A stretch of 64,000 bases of DNA from an uncultured Chloroflexia bacterium (GTDB lineage Bacteria > Chloroflexota > Limnocylindria > Limnocylindrales > CSP1-4): assembly GCA_963771795.1 (NCBI GenBank), contig CAVYUR010000001.1, forward strand, positions 1,880 to 65,879, read 5' to 3'. Under the pieces are notes generated by a model, which had not been told where the DNA came from, searched no databases, and saw only the letters and a program-made list of their open reading frames with translations. Below, piece after piece: positions 48,388 through 57,660 of the stretch. Position 1 is the first letter of the stretch. Every line of letters starts with the position of its first letter. Made by a program: the position numbers and the translations under genes.

Positions 48388-49152
48388 ATGATGACTACCT
48401 ACTTCCTTGGCGACACCTTCGTTCTCTTGGGACGATCGCTGCGCCACATTACGCGCAGCCCGGACACCATCATCACAACCGTGATCACGCCGATCGCCAT
48501 GCTGCTGCTGTTCGTCTACGTGTTCGGAGGCGCGATCAATTCCGGGTCGGATTCGTACGTGACCTACCTGTTGCCCGGCATCCTGCTCATCACGATCGCC
48601 TCGGGCATCTCCTACACCGCATTCCGGCTCTTCGGGGATGTGCAGAGCGGCATCTTCGAGCGACTTCAGTCGATGCCGATCGCGCGATCGGGCGTGCTGT
48701 GGGCGCACGTGCTGACATCGCTGGTTGCCAACCTCATCTCGCTCGTGGTCGTTGTGCTCGTCGCCCTGCTCATGGGCTTCCGCTCACCCGCAGGTGTCGA
48801 GGCATGGCTCGCGGTCGCCGGCATCCTGATCCTGTTCACCCTGGCGTTGACGTGGCTCGCCGTCATCGTCGGTCTGACCGCGAAGTCCGTGGACGGAGCG
48901 AGCGCGTTCGCCTATCCGCTCATCTTCCTGCCGTTCATCAGCTCGGCATTCGTGCCCACCGAGACCATGCCCGGCCTGGTGCGCGCCTTCGCCGAGAACC
49001 AGCCGGTGACGGCGATCGTCAACGCAATCCGCGACCTGTTCGCACAGCAGCCGGTCGGCAGCGATATCTGGATCGCGCTCGCCTGGTGTGTCGGCATCCT
49101 CGTCGTCGCGTACGTCTTGGCTATGCGCACCTACCGCCGCAAGATCGCCTAG
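48388..49152 (+). CDS. ABC-2-type transporter permease (DrrB-like)
   Basis: ATG with GAGGA upstream; 6-TM pattern, 254 aa. Confidence 0.8.
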   Translation: MMTTYFLGDTFVLLGRSLRHITRSPDTIITTVITPIAMLLLFVYVFGGAINSGSDSYVTYLLPGILLITIASGISYTAFRLFGDVQSGIFERLQSMPIARSGVLWAHVLTSLVANLISLVVVVLVALLMGFRSPAGVEAWLAVAGILILFTLALTWLAVIVGLTAKSVDGASAFAYPLIFLPFISSAFVPTETMPGLVRAFAENQPVTAIVNAIRDLFAQQPVGSDIWIALAWCVGILVVAYVLAMRTYRRKIA

Positions 49153-49206
49153 CGACACGCTCGCAGCGGAGGCCCGCCCGTCCGCCGTTGACGATCTATT
49201 CACTGG

Positions 49207-49758
49207 GTGTATAGTTCGCGGGTGTCCATCCAGTACGGCCTGCTCGGCCTCCTCGACAACGCGCCGCGCCACGGGTATGACCTCAAGCAAGCGTTCGACC
49301 ACGTCTTGTCGCCACAACGACCGCTCCCGTTCGGACAGGTCTACGCCTCACTGGCCAGGCTCGAGCGGGACCACCGCGTGGCGATCGACACAGTGGAGCG
49401 GGTCGAGGGACCCGATCGCAAGCGCTATGCGATCACGGACGACGGAAGGGTGGCGCTCCGGACGTGGCTCGCGGAACCGCTCCGGCCCGAACCGCACCTC
49501 CAGTCGGAGCTCTACCTCAAGGTCGTGCTCGCGATCCTGATCGGCTCATCGCTCGACGAGCTCCTTGACGCCCAACGCCGCGCGCACTTGGCGCGGATGC
49601 GCGCGCTGACCGCACTCCGCCGGAACGCGCCGCTGCCCACGGCCCTCCTGGCCGACTACGCCACGTTCCACCTTGAAGCCGACCTTCGCTGGCTCGAGAT
49701 GACCGCCGCCCGCATCGACGACCTTCGAGGCCATCTGCAGACCCTGGAGACCCGATGA
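49207..49758 (+). CDS. PadR-family transcriptional regulator
   Basis: YGLLGLLDNAPRHGYDLKQAF...ASLARLERD. The more likely start is GTG 49222. Confidence 0.8.
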   Translation: MYSSRVSIQYGLLGLLDNAPRHGYDLKQAFDHVLSPQRPLPFGQVYASLARLERDHRVAIDTVERVEGPDRKRYAITDDGRVALRTWLAEPLRPEPHLQSELYLKVVLAILIGSSLDELLDAQRRAHLARMRALTALRRNAPLPTALLADYATFHLEADLRWLEMTAARIDDLRGHLQTLETR

Positions 49759-50504
49759 CGATCAGCAACTCGAACCTGCGCGTGGCCGGCGTTCCCGACC
49801 CGGCACCCGCCGCGACGGCTGCCGGCCCGGTCCTTACCGCGAGAGGCCTGGTCAAGCGGTTCGGCCAGACGGAAGCCCTCCGCGGCGTTGACGTAGAGGT
49901 TGCGCCGGGCGAGATACTCGCCGTCATGGGGCCGAGCGGGTCTGGCAAGTCCACGCTCCTCCACTGCCTTGCCGGCATCCTCGCTCTGGACGGAGGTGAG
50001 GTTCGGCTCGATCGCCAGCGGATCGATACGCTCGGCGAAGCGGAGCGCAGCCGCCTGCGGCGGACGGCGTTCGGGTTCGTGTTCCAGTTCGGCCAGCTGC
50101 TCCCTGAGCTGTCTGCGCTCGAGAATGCAGCGCTGCCGCTGTTGCTCAACGGCGAATCCAGGGGCGCGGCGTTCGACGCCGCGCGACGGTGCCTGGCGCA
50201 ACTCGGCCTCGAAGGGCTCGAGGGTCGCCGACCCGGCGAGATGTCCGGCGGGCAGGCCCAGCGGGTCGCGATGGCCAGGGCGCTCGTCGTCGGTCCGCGG
50301 GTCGTCTTCGCGGACGAGCCAACGGGGTCGCTCGACTCGCTCGCGGGTGAACACGTCTTGAACCAGCTGACCGACGCCGCGCGGTTGCAGGGTGTCGCGA
50401 TCGTCCTGGTCACCCATGAGCCACGCGTCGCCGCGCACGCCGACCGCGAGATCGTCGTCCGCGACGGTCGGATCAGCGGCAGCTCCCGGGCCGACGGCGG
50501 GTGA
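49755..50504 (+). CDS. ABC transporter ATP-binding protein (MacB/LolD/FtsE-like)
   Basis: ATGA overlap with PadR stop. GPSGSGKST, MSGGQAQRVAMARAL, VFADEPTGSLD. Confidence 0.85.
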   Translation: MTISNSNLRVAGVPDPAPAATAAGPVLTARGLVKRFGQTEALRGVDVEVAPGEILAVMGPSGSGKSTLLHCLAGILALDGGEVRLDRQRIDTLGEAERSRLRRTAFGFVFQFGQLLPELSALENAALPLLLNGESRGAAFDAARRCLAQLGLEGLEGRRPGEMSGGQAQRVAMARALVVGPRVVFADEPTGSLDSLAGEHVLNQLTDAARLQGVAIVLVTHEPRVAAHADREIVVRDGRISGSSRADGG

Positions 50505-52810
50505 TCCGTCTCGGTCTGCGGCTCGCGTTCGCCAGCCGAGGCAGCGCGATCCCGATCGTCCTGACCGCGACCGCGGTCGCATTCGGTACCGCGATCCTGC
50601 TGTTCGCGCTCTCCTTCCAGCCGGCCCTCGAGGTCCGCTACGACCGCGCGGCGTGGCGCGAGACGCCGGGCCCACGGAGTCCGGCCGACCAGATCGATGG
50701 GACTACCCTCGTCTCGCTCACGAACGGGTTCGTCGAGGGCCGCTCGCTCACGCGGGTCGATGTTGCTGCGCTCGGTGACGGCGGGCCGATCCCGCCCGGG
50801 CTGATCCGGCTTCCGGAACCCGGCGAGGCGTTCGTGTCACCGGCGCTTGCCGAGCTGATCGCCCAGCGACCCGCCGACGAACTCGGCGACCGGTTCGGGA
50901 CGATCGTGGGGACCGTCGGCGAGACGGGACTGAGCGCGCCGAACGAGCTGCTCGTCGTCCAAGGGCAGTCCGCCGAGGCACTGCAGGCCGCCGGTTCGCG
51001 CGCGGTCACCGCATTCGATATCGATGGCGAAGCGCCGACGGTCGACTGGGTCGTCAGCCTCATCGTGATCGTCGCGGTGATCGGGGCCGTGGGGCCGGTC
51101 GCGGTGTTCGTCGCCAGCTCCACCCGACTCGCGGCCGCCCGGCGGGAGCGCCGGCTCGTCGCGCTTCGCCTGTGCGGCGCGACTCCGGCCCAGGTCGCGA
51201 CGCTCGCCGCCGTCGACGCACTCCTCGTGACGATCCCCGGGGCGGTGTTCGGGATCGCCCTGTTCCTCCTGCTTCGGCCGGTCGTCGCGCTCTTCGAGCT
51301 CGGCAGCCTCACGTGGTTCACCGGTGCCATCGCGCCGTCGCTCACCCAGGCCGCGCTGGTCGTCGCCGCAGTCCCGGTGGTCGGCGTCGCATCGGCGGTC
51401 GTCGCACTGCGGCGGATGTCGATCTCGCCGCTCGGAGTCGCTCGCCGGGTCAGCGCCGGCCCGCCAAGCCGGTCGCGAATCATGCCCCTGGTCCTCGCCA
51501 TCGCCGGGCTCGTCGGGTCGCTCGCGCTCGGCTTCACCGTCCTTCGAGACCTGGCACTGATCGCGGTGGGGATGTCGGTCTTCGGGATCATCGCGGGGAT
51601 TGTGATTCTGGGCCCGCTCATCACGTCGCTTGTCGGCCGGACGCTGGCCGCCCGTGGCGGACCAATTCGCCTGCTTGCCGGACGACACCTGTTCGACGAT
51701 CCCCGGGCCTCCTTCACCGCGGTGGCGGGGGTCGTGATGGCCGTGTTCGTCGCCAGCATGTTCTTCGGGTTCGTCGCGTTCACCTCGGAGGTGTCGAGCA
51801 CGGTTCGCGTCGCGCTTCGCCCCACGACGCTCTACGCCGACGTCGCTCCGGGGAGCGGCGCTGCGCTCGACGGAGCGATCGCCGCCATGGATGGGACGTC
51901 CGGTATGGCCGGCATCGTCACCGTCCGCGAGGCGAGTCTCGGCGATGCCGCCGATCCGGACTCGCCCGGCGTGATCGCCTGGGTCGTCGACTGCGCGGCC
52001 CTGCTGGCCGTGTCCAATCTGCCGGTCGCGAGCTGCGGCGACGCCGACCTGCACCTGGTCAATGACGGCGTCGAGCTGCCCGCGAGCGGCCGGCTGGTGG
52101 GCTACCCGCCGGATGCGGATGCGGAAGACCTGGCCGTCGCTCCGATGACGGCGGTCGCCGCGCTGGAGCCCAGCCCGACCGTGGACCGCTTCGTCCCGCC
52201 GAACACCGCACTACCGGCTGGGGCGTGGCCGGACGTGCTGATCGAGCCCGAGGCCGTCGCGGATGCCGGCCGAGGCCTGCGACCGCTGTTCGTGGTGATC
52301 CCCACCGACGGATCCCGCGTCTCCGTCGAGCGGGCGCGGACCGCCGTCGAGGCGGTCATGCCGACCAGCGGTTCGGCCACGGGGGCCGAGCTGAGCGCGG
52401 CCCTGACGAAGATCGTCGACGAGCTCAGCCGGGTCATCACGCTCGGTGTCGTGATGACGATGGTCGTGGCTGGTGCCGGTCTGGCCGTAGCCGTCGCCGG
52501 CAGCCTGATCGACCGCCGCCGGCCGTTTGCGCTGCTGCGGCTCGGCGGCGTGCCGTTGCGGCACCTCCGCTCGGTGCTGCTCCTCGAAGCCGCGGCACCG
52601 CTCGTCACGGTCGCGCTGATCAGCGCGGCACTCGGCGTGGCGGTCTGCCAGATCCTGCTCCGCGTCACGGCCGGATCGGACGTGCCGCTGCCGGACGCTT
52701 CGTTGCCTGTGCTGCTGGTCGCGGGCGTCGGCGGGGCGCTCGCGATCGTCTCGGCGGCGCTCCCACTGGTCGGTCCGGTGACCGACCTCGAGGAGACCCG
52801 CTTCGAGTAG
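50501..52810 (+). CDS. ABC transporter permease with two FtsX-like domains
   Basis: GTGA overlap; 769 aa; two clusters of TM helices separated by an extracytoplasmic region. Confidence 0.8.
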   Translation: MIRLGLRLAFASRGSAIPIVLTATAVAFGTAILLFALSFQPALEVRYDRAAWRETPGPRSPADQIDGTTLVSLTNGFVEGRSLTRVDVAALGDGGPIPPGLIRLPEPGEAFVSPALAELIAQRPADELGDRFGTIVGTVGETGLSAPNELLVVQGQSAEALQAAGSRAVTAFDIDGEAPTVDWVVSLIVIVAVIGAVGPVAVFVASSTRLAAARRERRLVALRLCGATPAQVATLAAVDALLVTIPGAVFGIALFLLLRPVVALFELGSLTWFTGAIAPSLTQAALVVAAVPVVGVASAVVALRRMSISPLGVARRVSAGPPSRSRIMPLVLAIAGLVGSLALGFTVLRDLALIAVGMSVFGIIAGIVILGPLITSLVGRTLAARGGPIRLLAGRHLFDDPRASFTAVAGVVMAVFVASMFFGFVAFTSEVSSTVRVALRPTTLYADVAPGSGAALDGAIAAMDGTSGMAGIVTVREASLGDAADPDSPGVIAWVVDCAALLAVSNLPVASCGDADLHLVNDGVELPASGRLVGYPPDADAEDLAVAPMTAVAALEPSPTVDRFVPPNTALPAGAWPDVLIEPEAVADAGRGLRPLFVVIPTDGSRVSVERARTAVEAVMPTSGSATGAELSAALTKIVDELSRVITLGVVMTMVVAGAGLAVAVAGSLIDRRRPFALLRLGGVPLRHLRSVLLLEAAAPLVTVALISAALGVAVCQILLRVTAGSDVPLPDASLPVLLVAGVGGALAIVSAALPLVGPVTDLEETRFE

Positions 52811-52817
52811 GAGAGGC

Positions 52818-52892
52818 TGGAGCCGACACTCGGATTTGAACCGAGGACCTGCTGTTTACGAAACAGCTGCTCTACCGCTGAGCTATGTCGGC
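52818..52892 (-). tRNA. tRNA-Thr (anticodon CGU), CCA encoded
   Basis: Hand-folded cloverleaf: GCCGACA-TA-GCTC-AGCGGTA-GAGC-A-GCTGT-TTCGTAA-ACAGC-AGGTC-CTCGG-TTCAAAT-CCGAG-TGTCGGC-T-CCA. Confidence 0.9.
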
Positions 52893-52893
52893 C
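52856..52893. repeat. Direct repeat copy 1 (inside the intact tRNA-Thr, 5' half)
   Basis: ttacgaaacagctgctctaccgctgagctatgtcggcc, identical to 56725-56762. Confidence 0.9.
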
Positions 52894-53379
52894 GGAGCGC
52901 AAGGATAGCCGATGCTCGATGCACAGCAGCTATTCGTACTCAGCGGATCATTCGGCGGACCGTGCTCAGATCGGTAGCACAGCGCTCGAATAGGTGATAA
53001 CTATGAGGACGCGGGGTCGGCACCCTCGCGAAGACCCAGAACGGTCCTTCGATAGGCACCGCTATCCCATCCGATGCCGGCCAGCGACCCGCGCAAACAA
53101 GAATCCCCAAGCATCGGCGGCATCGGAATGGCATCTGACCCAGTGATAGGGACCCCCACGTGCGGACGGCGTTCGAAGAGGCTGGCCGGTGCTGGGCTCG
53201 GGAAGGAGTCGACCTTGCTGACCGGAACCCAACAATTCGTGAGGACAACGCTTGGCAGCTCGAGCTGCGCTGGATACGGGCGCGATCGACCCCGCTGAGG
53301 GAAAGCGTGGGCGATCGTTATCCGACGAAGCCGCGAGTCGGATGAGCGGCCAGCCCGTCAGGAGTGGCGTGTGATTGAG

Positions 53380-54141
53380 CTAAGGCTCCGGTGTGGTCAA
53401 GCGCGGATCAGGGCCGAGCGATGCGTCGCCTGGATCTACAACCATCGTGCCCAGCACGACCGGCTGAGCTGGGACCACCCCCCCGTTAAGCAGGATTCTT
53501 GAACCGACAGGTTCGCGAAGCGGAATGGTAAATAGCCGCGGCAAAGATGCCACGCACCCTGCCGCACCCTCTCCGCCTTGCGGCCGTCCTACCCATGTCG
53601 TGATGGTCACGCTCTTGGTGCCATATGTGATCGATGACTCCAAGAGGGTATGGGCGTCGTCCACCTGGCCGCACTCTGCGAATGTCACGAGGACGTCGAT
53701 GGCAACTGCCCGCGGGTTGGTCGAGGCCGCTAGGTCCCAGTCCGACGCTTGCATAGCTCCGCTCTGGTAGCGTGGCAGGCAGCCGCCCCATGTATCCGCG
53801 ATCCATACTGAATTCTCTCGGCGCATTGCAACCATGCCGAATGGGGCGTCGCGCACCGACGCGGATGAGAGGAACAAGATTTCAGCCGGCGCCTCGGCAA
53901 TTCGGCTCCAGCTCGTGCGCGGCAACTGCGCTGCTGCCGCCTCCCGACTCGCAAGGAATGTCGCGAGGGCCTTTCCCGCCTCGTCGCTCGCTGGATCACC
54001 CGCCGGCTTCGAGAAATCGGATTCGCGGAATTCTGGCCCGGATCCGCAGCTGAGGGCGAGACCTGTAGACGGCCGTGGCGGCGAATTGGCGCAGCTCACC
54101 AGAAGCAGGAGCGATCCAGTGAGCGCAATCAAAACACGCAT
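53380..54141 (-). CDS. Hypothetical lipoprotein (islet cargo)
   Basis: ATG 54141 gives MRVLIALTGSLLLLVSC (lipobox); 253 aa; downstream of the protease on the same strand. Confidence 0.6.
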   Translation of the reverse strand: MRVLIALTGSLLLLVSCANSPPRPSTGLALSCGSGPEFRESDFSKPAGDPASDEAGKALATFLASREAAAAQLPRTSWSRIAEAPAEILFLSSASVRDAPFGMVAMRRENSVWIADTWGGCLPRYQSGAMQASDWDLAASTNPRAVAIDVLVTFAECGQVDDAHTLLESSITYGTKSVTITTWVGRPQGGEGAAGCVASLPRLFTIPLREPVGSRILLNGGVVPAQPVVLGTMVVDPGDASLGPDPRLTTPEP

Positions 54142-54267
54142 GCGATGCTCGGTTAGCAAGACTTCACCCGTTCGGCGCCACAACACACGATGGGGCTCGG
54201 GAGATTGAGACGGTTGGCCGCGGAGTTTAGTTTCTCCCCGGCCAATCAGTCCTTCGCGGTGGGTGTG

Positions 54268-55578
54268 TCAGCTACAGGCTGAGTTCAGGCACAGACGGAG
54301 GAACACCTCGCTCAATGCGACGTCGATCGGACTGTAATAGGTCTTTGTCCCGTCTAGATTCCTCGCGGCAAGGATTCCAAACGCTTGGGGGAGGGTGCCC
54401 GCGATGACGGGCGCCCCACTGTCGCCCGCGACGTGACTCATCGACGCTCTAGTCAGGTTCGTTACCGTCTTGGAGCGGTTATCAACGACGCGCTTGTACG
54501 TCAGGCTGACGCCCTCAATCTCAATCACCCCGCACTTGTAGCCAGGGCTCGAGAAGCTCCCCGAGAAGCAAACGGAATCCCCTGGTCGTTGGTTGGCACC
54601 AGTCTTGATACTCGTGATCGCATAGGCCTTCGAACTGTCATTGATGTAGATCAGGTTTCGGGCACCAGCGTCGTTCTTCAAGGGCGCACTTAACACGTCG
54701 ACAGTCGGGTTTCCAGCTTCGTCCCAAGTGTTCTGATCCACTCCAGGCGCAATGTTTACGACCGAGCCGTTGTGCGAGATGTTCTTGTTGAGTCGCGAGC
54801 AATGACCAGCCTCAACAAGGAACTTTGTAGTACTGGATGTCGTGGGACGTGCGTTAAATCCCCAGGTGCATTGGCCAGAATCCGCCACCGTGCGGGTCCC
54901 ACCACGCCACGGAATTGCGCAGGACAACCGTGAGACACACGCTGAGGCCACGACATCTTGCTGATCGACGAGACTAATGGCACCGCTCTCGACCGAATCA
55001 AAAACAGGCCGGGGCGCCTTCTCGACCATCGCTACTTGGACGCGGTTGGATACGACATCGATCGCAATGAAGTCGATGGTGTCCGGAACTAGGGGCAATA
55101 GCTCTTGACGTATGGCAGCCAGTTCGTTTGTCGCGTATTGGACCTCGCGATATTCAACTGTAGCCGCGGCTGGGAGGAGAGACTGGAATCCGTGCACTAT
55201 TTCCGGCGAAGTCCCGGAAACGACGTTTACGATGAGCAACAGGTCCCCAACGGACTGGTCAAAGAACACACCGCCGAAGTCGCTGGGATGGCTATCGACA
55301 TACGTCAGTGCCTCCTCCATGGCTTCTCGGGTCGTTGAGCGACGCTGAAGCTCCTGGACCTCGGCCGAGCTCAGGACGAGTCCGAATGCCGTGACCTGGC
55401 CTTGGGTGAGCATCGTCTCCACAATTTGCGGGCGAGCGTCGAATCCAAGCTCCTCGCGAAAGCGGACGGCATCCGCGACGCGATCGGCCGAAACGAGCGG
55501 TGTGGCCCCAGCAGCTGGCAGCGGGATCAACAGGGCGACCGAGATCGTCAAACAGAGCAGAAGGCGGCGTGGTGTCAT
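54268..55578 (-). CDS. Secreted S1-family (alpha-lytic/streptogrisin-like) serine protease with N-terminal pro-region (islet cargo)
   Basis: Signal peptide MTPRRLLLCLTISVALLIPLPAAGA. EAGHC (catalytic His), GDSGAP (catalytic Ser), paired cysteines. Confidence 0.75.
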   Translation of the reverse strand: MTPRRLLLCLTISVALLIPLPAAGATPLVSADRVADAVRFREELGFDARPQIVETMLTQGQVTAFGLVLSSAEVQELQRRSTTREAMEEALTYVDSHPSDFGGVFFDQSVGDLLLIVNVVSGTSPEIVHGFQSLLPAAATVEYREVQYATNELAAIRQELLPLVPDTIDFIAIDVVSNRVQVAMVEKAPRPVFDSVESGAISLVDQQDVVASACVSRLSCAIPWRGGTRTVADSGQCTWGFNARPTTSSTTKFLVEAGHCSRLNKNISHNGSVVNIAPGVDQNTWDEAGNPTVDVLSAPLKNDAGARNLIYINDSSKAYAITSIKTGANQRPGDSVCFSGSFSSPGYKCGVIEIEGVSLTYKRVVDNRSKTVTNLTRASMSHVAGDSGAPVIAGTLPQAFGILAARNLDGTKTYYSPIDVALSEVFLRLCLNSACS

Positions 55579-56724
55579 TGATGGTTCTCAACGCATGAGC
55601 CGCAGGCATCCACCTCGGCAAGCCCGGGGAACTCCCTGTGTGGCGCGACCCCTTCCGGAATTGGGCCTCAGATCGCGCAACTGAACTGAACACCGTCGAG
55701 TGGTAGTCGTCGCCATTCGCAGCCACCTCCTCTCGCAGACGCTCGTGGTGCGTCAAGACGCAGGATCCCAGTCGGGCGTCTCTATCGCGTTTGGACCACG
55801 CGTAGACGAAGGAGTGAATCCGCTCTCTTCGCTGAGGAGAACACGCGCTGCCACCCTAGCGCTCACATGTGTGATGACGGCCATTCATGGCCGAGGTCGT
55901 AGAACGGCGCGCCAAGTCGGAGGAACCGCGTGGGCCGGCGAGCTGCCTATGGCCGACCGAAGCCCTTGCCACCCGTCGTGTCGCGAGGCGGTGGTATCGG
56001 GCGCCGAGAGACATCGTCCAGACGGTGCCGTGGACCGCCTTCTAGTGATGCTCCGGAGCCACGGGCTGCCTTCCGGGTCCGCCCCGACATCCGTCGCCGA
56101 CTGACTCAAGGTTGCCCGAGAATGCCGGTCAGCGACGCTCCGCGAGGAGCGTCTTGGCGGTCCGGCGACCGACGTCTGGGCGGCGATCCCGTTCGAAGCC
56201 TTCGACTGGGCACCGTTCGACTAGTTCCGGGTCGCAGCGCTAAGGGTTCGGGTTCGCGCGAGGCGGTGAGGGTTCAGCCAGATGCGCTGGGGCTTGACCA
56301 CGGGCTGATTCCGGGTGACCTCACCATGGTTGGCTTGAGCGCCCGCGGAGCTCCGCGCAAACAGTCATCAGCTCAAATGAGGGTGCAAGCCCCAGGGTCA
56401 TCGGCCGTATGGCCCCGAGCCTCCGGGCACGCGGTCGCGACACGACTTGCAAGTCTCGGCGTTCACGGATCTGCGCGGTTCAGGTTGAGCCGATCGTTCC
56501 CCAATTCTGGCTCCAGATCCTGTCGTCCAAGGGTTTGTTTCGGGACGCAAAGGATGGAACTGACGACCGACTTTTGAGACGATTTCGCGTACTTGGGGTC
56601 AGCTCGGCGGAAGACCGGCCGTAGTGGCGATCCTAGGCGGGCATCCCCTCAAACGAATAGCTGATAAGTGTGTCCGTTTGTATCGGGTCTCCACGCTTGT
56701 AGCACTGCGCATGGGGCTAGAGAC

Positions 56725-56762
56725 TTACGAAACAGCTGCTCTACCGCTGAGCTATGTCGGCC
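56725..56762 (-). repeat. Direct repeat copy 2: orphan 5' half of tRNA-Thr (truncated at the end of the anticodon loop)
   Basis: 38/38 identity to 52856-52893. The sequence beyond the anticodon loop (GTCTCTAGCCCC...) is unrelated to the tRNA 3' half. Confidence 0.9.
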
Positions 56763-56874
56763 CGGACCGGCAGTATAGGCGTTGCCCGGTCGGACGCAGT
56801 CCCAGCCTCGCTCGCATCCATGGGCTCGGCCCGCCAAAAACACCTGTTTCGCGATGGTGGCCACCGTTCAATAA

Positions 56875-57660
56875 TTGCCCGAAATGACGGTCGGCATCAC
56901 GTCGCCAGATGGCATTGCGATCAGGTACGAGGTAGACGGCAGCGGGGCGCCCTCGCTCGTCTTCGTCCATGGCTGGTCGTGCGACCGGACGTACTGGGCG
57001 GCCCAGATGCGCGCCTTCGCTCCCGGCCACCGGGTCGTCGCGATCGACCTTGCCGGCCATGGCGAATCTGGTGACGGCCGCGAATCCTGGACGATGGCCA
57101 CCTTCGGTGGCGACGTGGCCGCGGTCGTGGACGGCCTGGGGCTCGATGACGTCGTGCTCATCGGCCATTCGATGGGCGGCGACGTCATCGTCGAGGCCGC
57201 ACTCGCGCTGGCCGGGCGCGTCCGGGGCATCGTCTGGGTCGACACGTACAGCTCGCTCGACTCCTCGCGTAGCGAAGCGGAGGTCGCCGCGTTCGTCGAG
57301 CCCTTCCAAGCGGACTTCGTAGCCAGGACGCAGCAACTGGTGCGCCGGATGTTTCCGCCGGGCGCCGACCCCGGCCTCGTCGATCGCGTCGCGAGCGGCA
57401 TGTCGTCCGCGCCGCCGGCGATCGCCCGCGACGTTCTGCGGAACGCAATCAGCAACGCGGCGCCGGTGCTGGAACGAATGTCAGCCGTGAACGTCCCGAT
57501 CGTCGCGATCAATCCAGACTATCGGCCGACCGACGAGGCGTCGTTGCGCCGCCACGGCGTACAGCCCGTCCTGATGTCGGGCGTCGGCCACTTCCTGATG
57601 ATGGAAGATCCCGACCAGTTCAACCGTGTGCTGGCCAGGGTCATCCTGGGTCTCGGGTAG
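56875..57660 (+). CDS. Alpha/beta hydrolase
   Basis: LVFVHGW...; nucleophile elbow GHSMGG; alternative start ATG 56884. Confidence 0.8.
   Translation: MPEMTVGITSPDGIAIRYEVDGSGAPSLVFVHGWSCDRTYWAAQMRAFAPGHRVVAIDLAGHGESGDGRESWTMATFGGDVAAVVDGLGLDDVVLIGHSMGGDVIVEAALALAGRVRGIVWVDTYSSLDSSRSEAEVAAFVEPFQADFVARTQQLVRRMFPPGADPGLVDRVASGMSSAPPAIARDVLRNAISNAAPVLERMSAVNVPIVAINPDYRPTDEASLRRHGVQPVLMSGVGHFLMMEDPDQFNRVLARVILGLG

Larger units (their letters stand above)
52856..56762. mobile_element. tRNA-Thr-associated low-GC genomic islet (3.9 kb) bounded by 38-bp direct repeats; no integrase seen
   Basis: Perfect 38-bp direct repeats. Hand-counted 60-nt lines inside are 50-53% GC versus about 75% in the flanking FtsX gene. 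Cargo is a secreted protease plus a lipoprotein. Confidence 0.65.

Noticed and set aside
52102-52902. ORFs running through the tRNA sequences (52102..52902 - and 56649..56864 -, both containing HSSAVEQLFRK)
   Set aside because: The shared peptide is simply the translation of the tRNA-Thr 5' half. The rest is antisense to the FtsX gene or is intergenic.
55700-56577. ORFs 55700..56104, 55930..56577 and 55885..56109 in the islet
   Set aside because: No RBS, no third-position bias, low-complexity Arg/Ser/Gly composition, and they overlap one another. Treated as non-coding or decayed sequence.
56650-56762. Possibility that the second tRNA half is a tRNA gene split by a group I intron in the anticodon loop
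   Set aside because: By eye I found no matching 3' half (ACAGCAGGTCCTCGGTTCAAATCCGAGTGTCGGC) within the 1.1 kb after the break, other than the one inside the intact gene 3.9 kb away. The break is after the last loop nucleotide, and the intervening DNA encodes ordinary proteins. This was not checked computationally.
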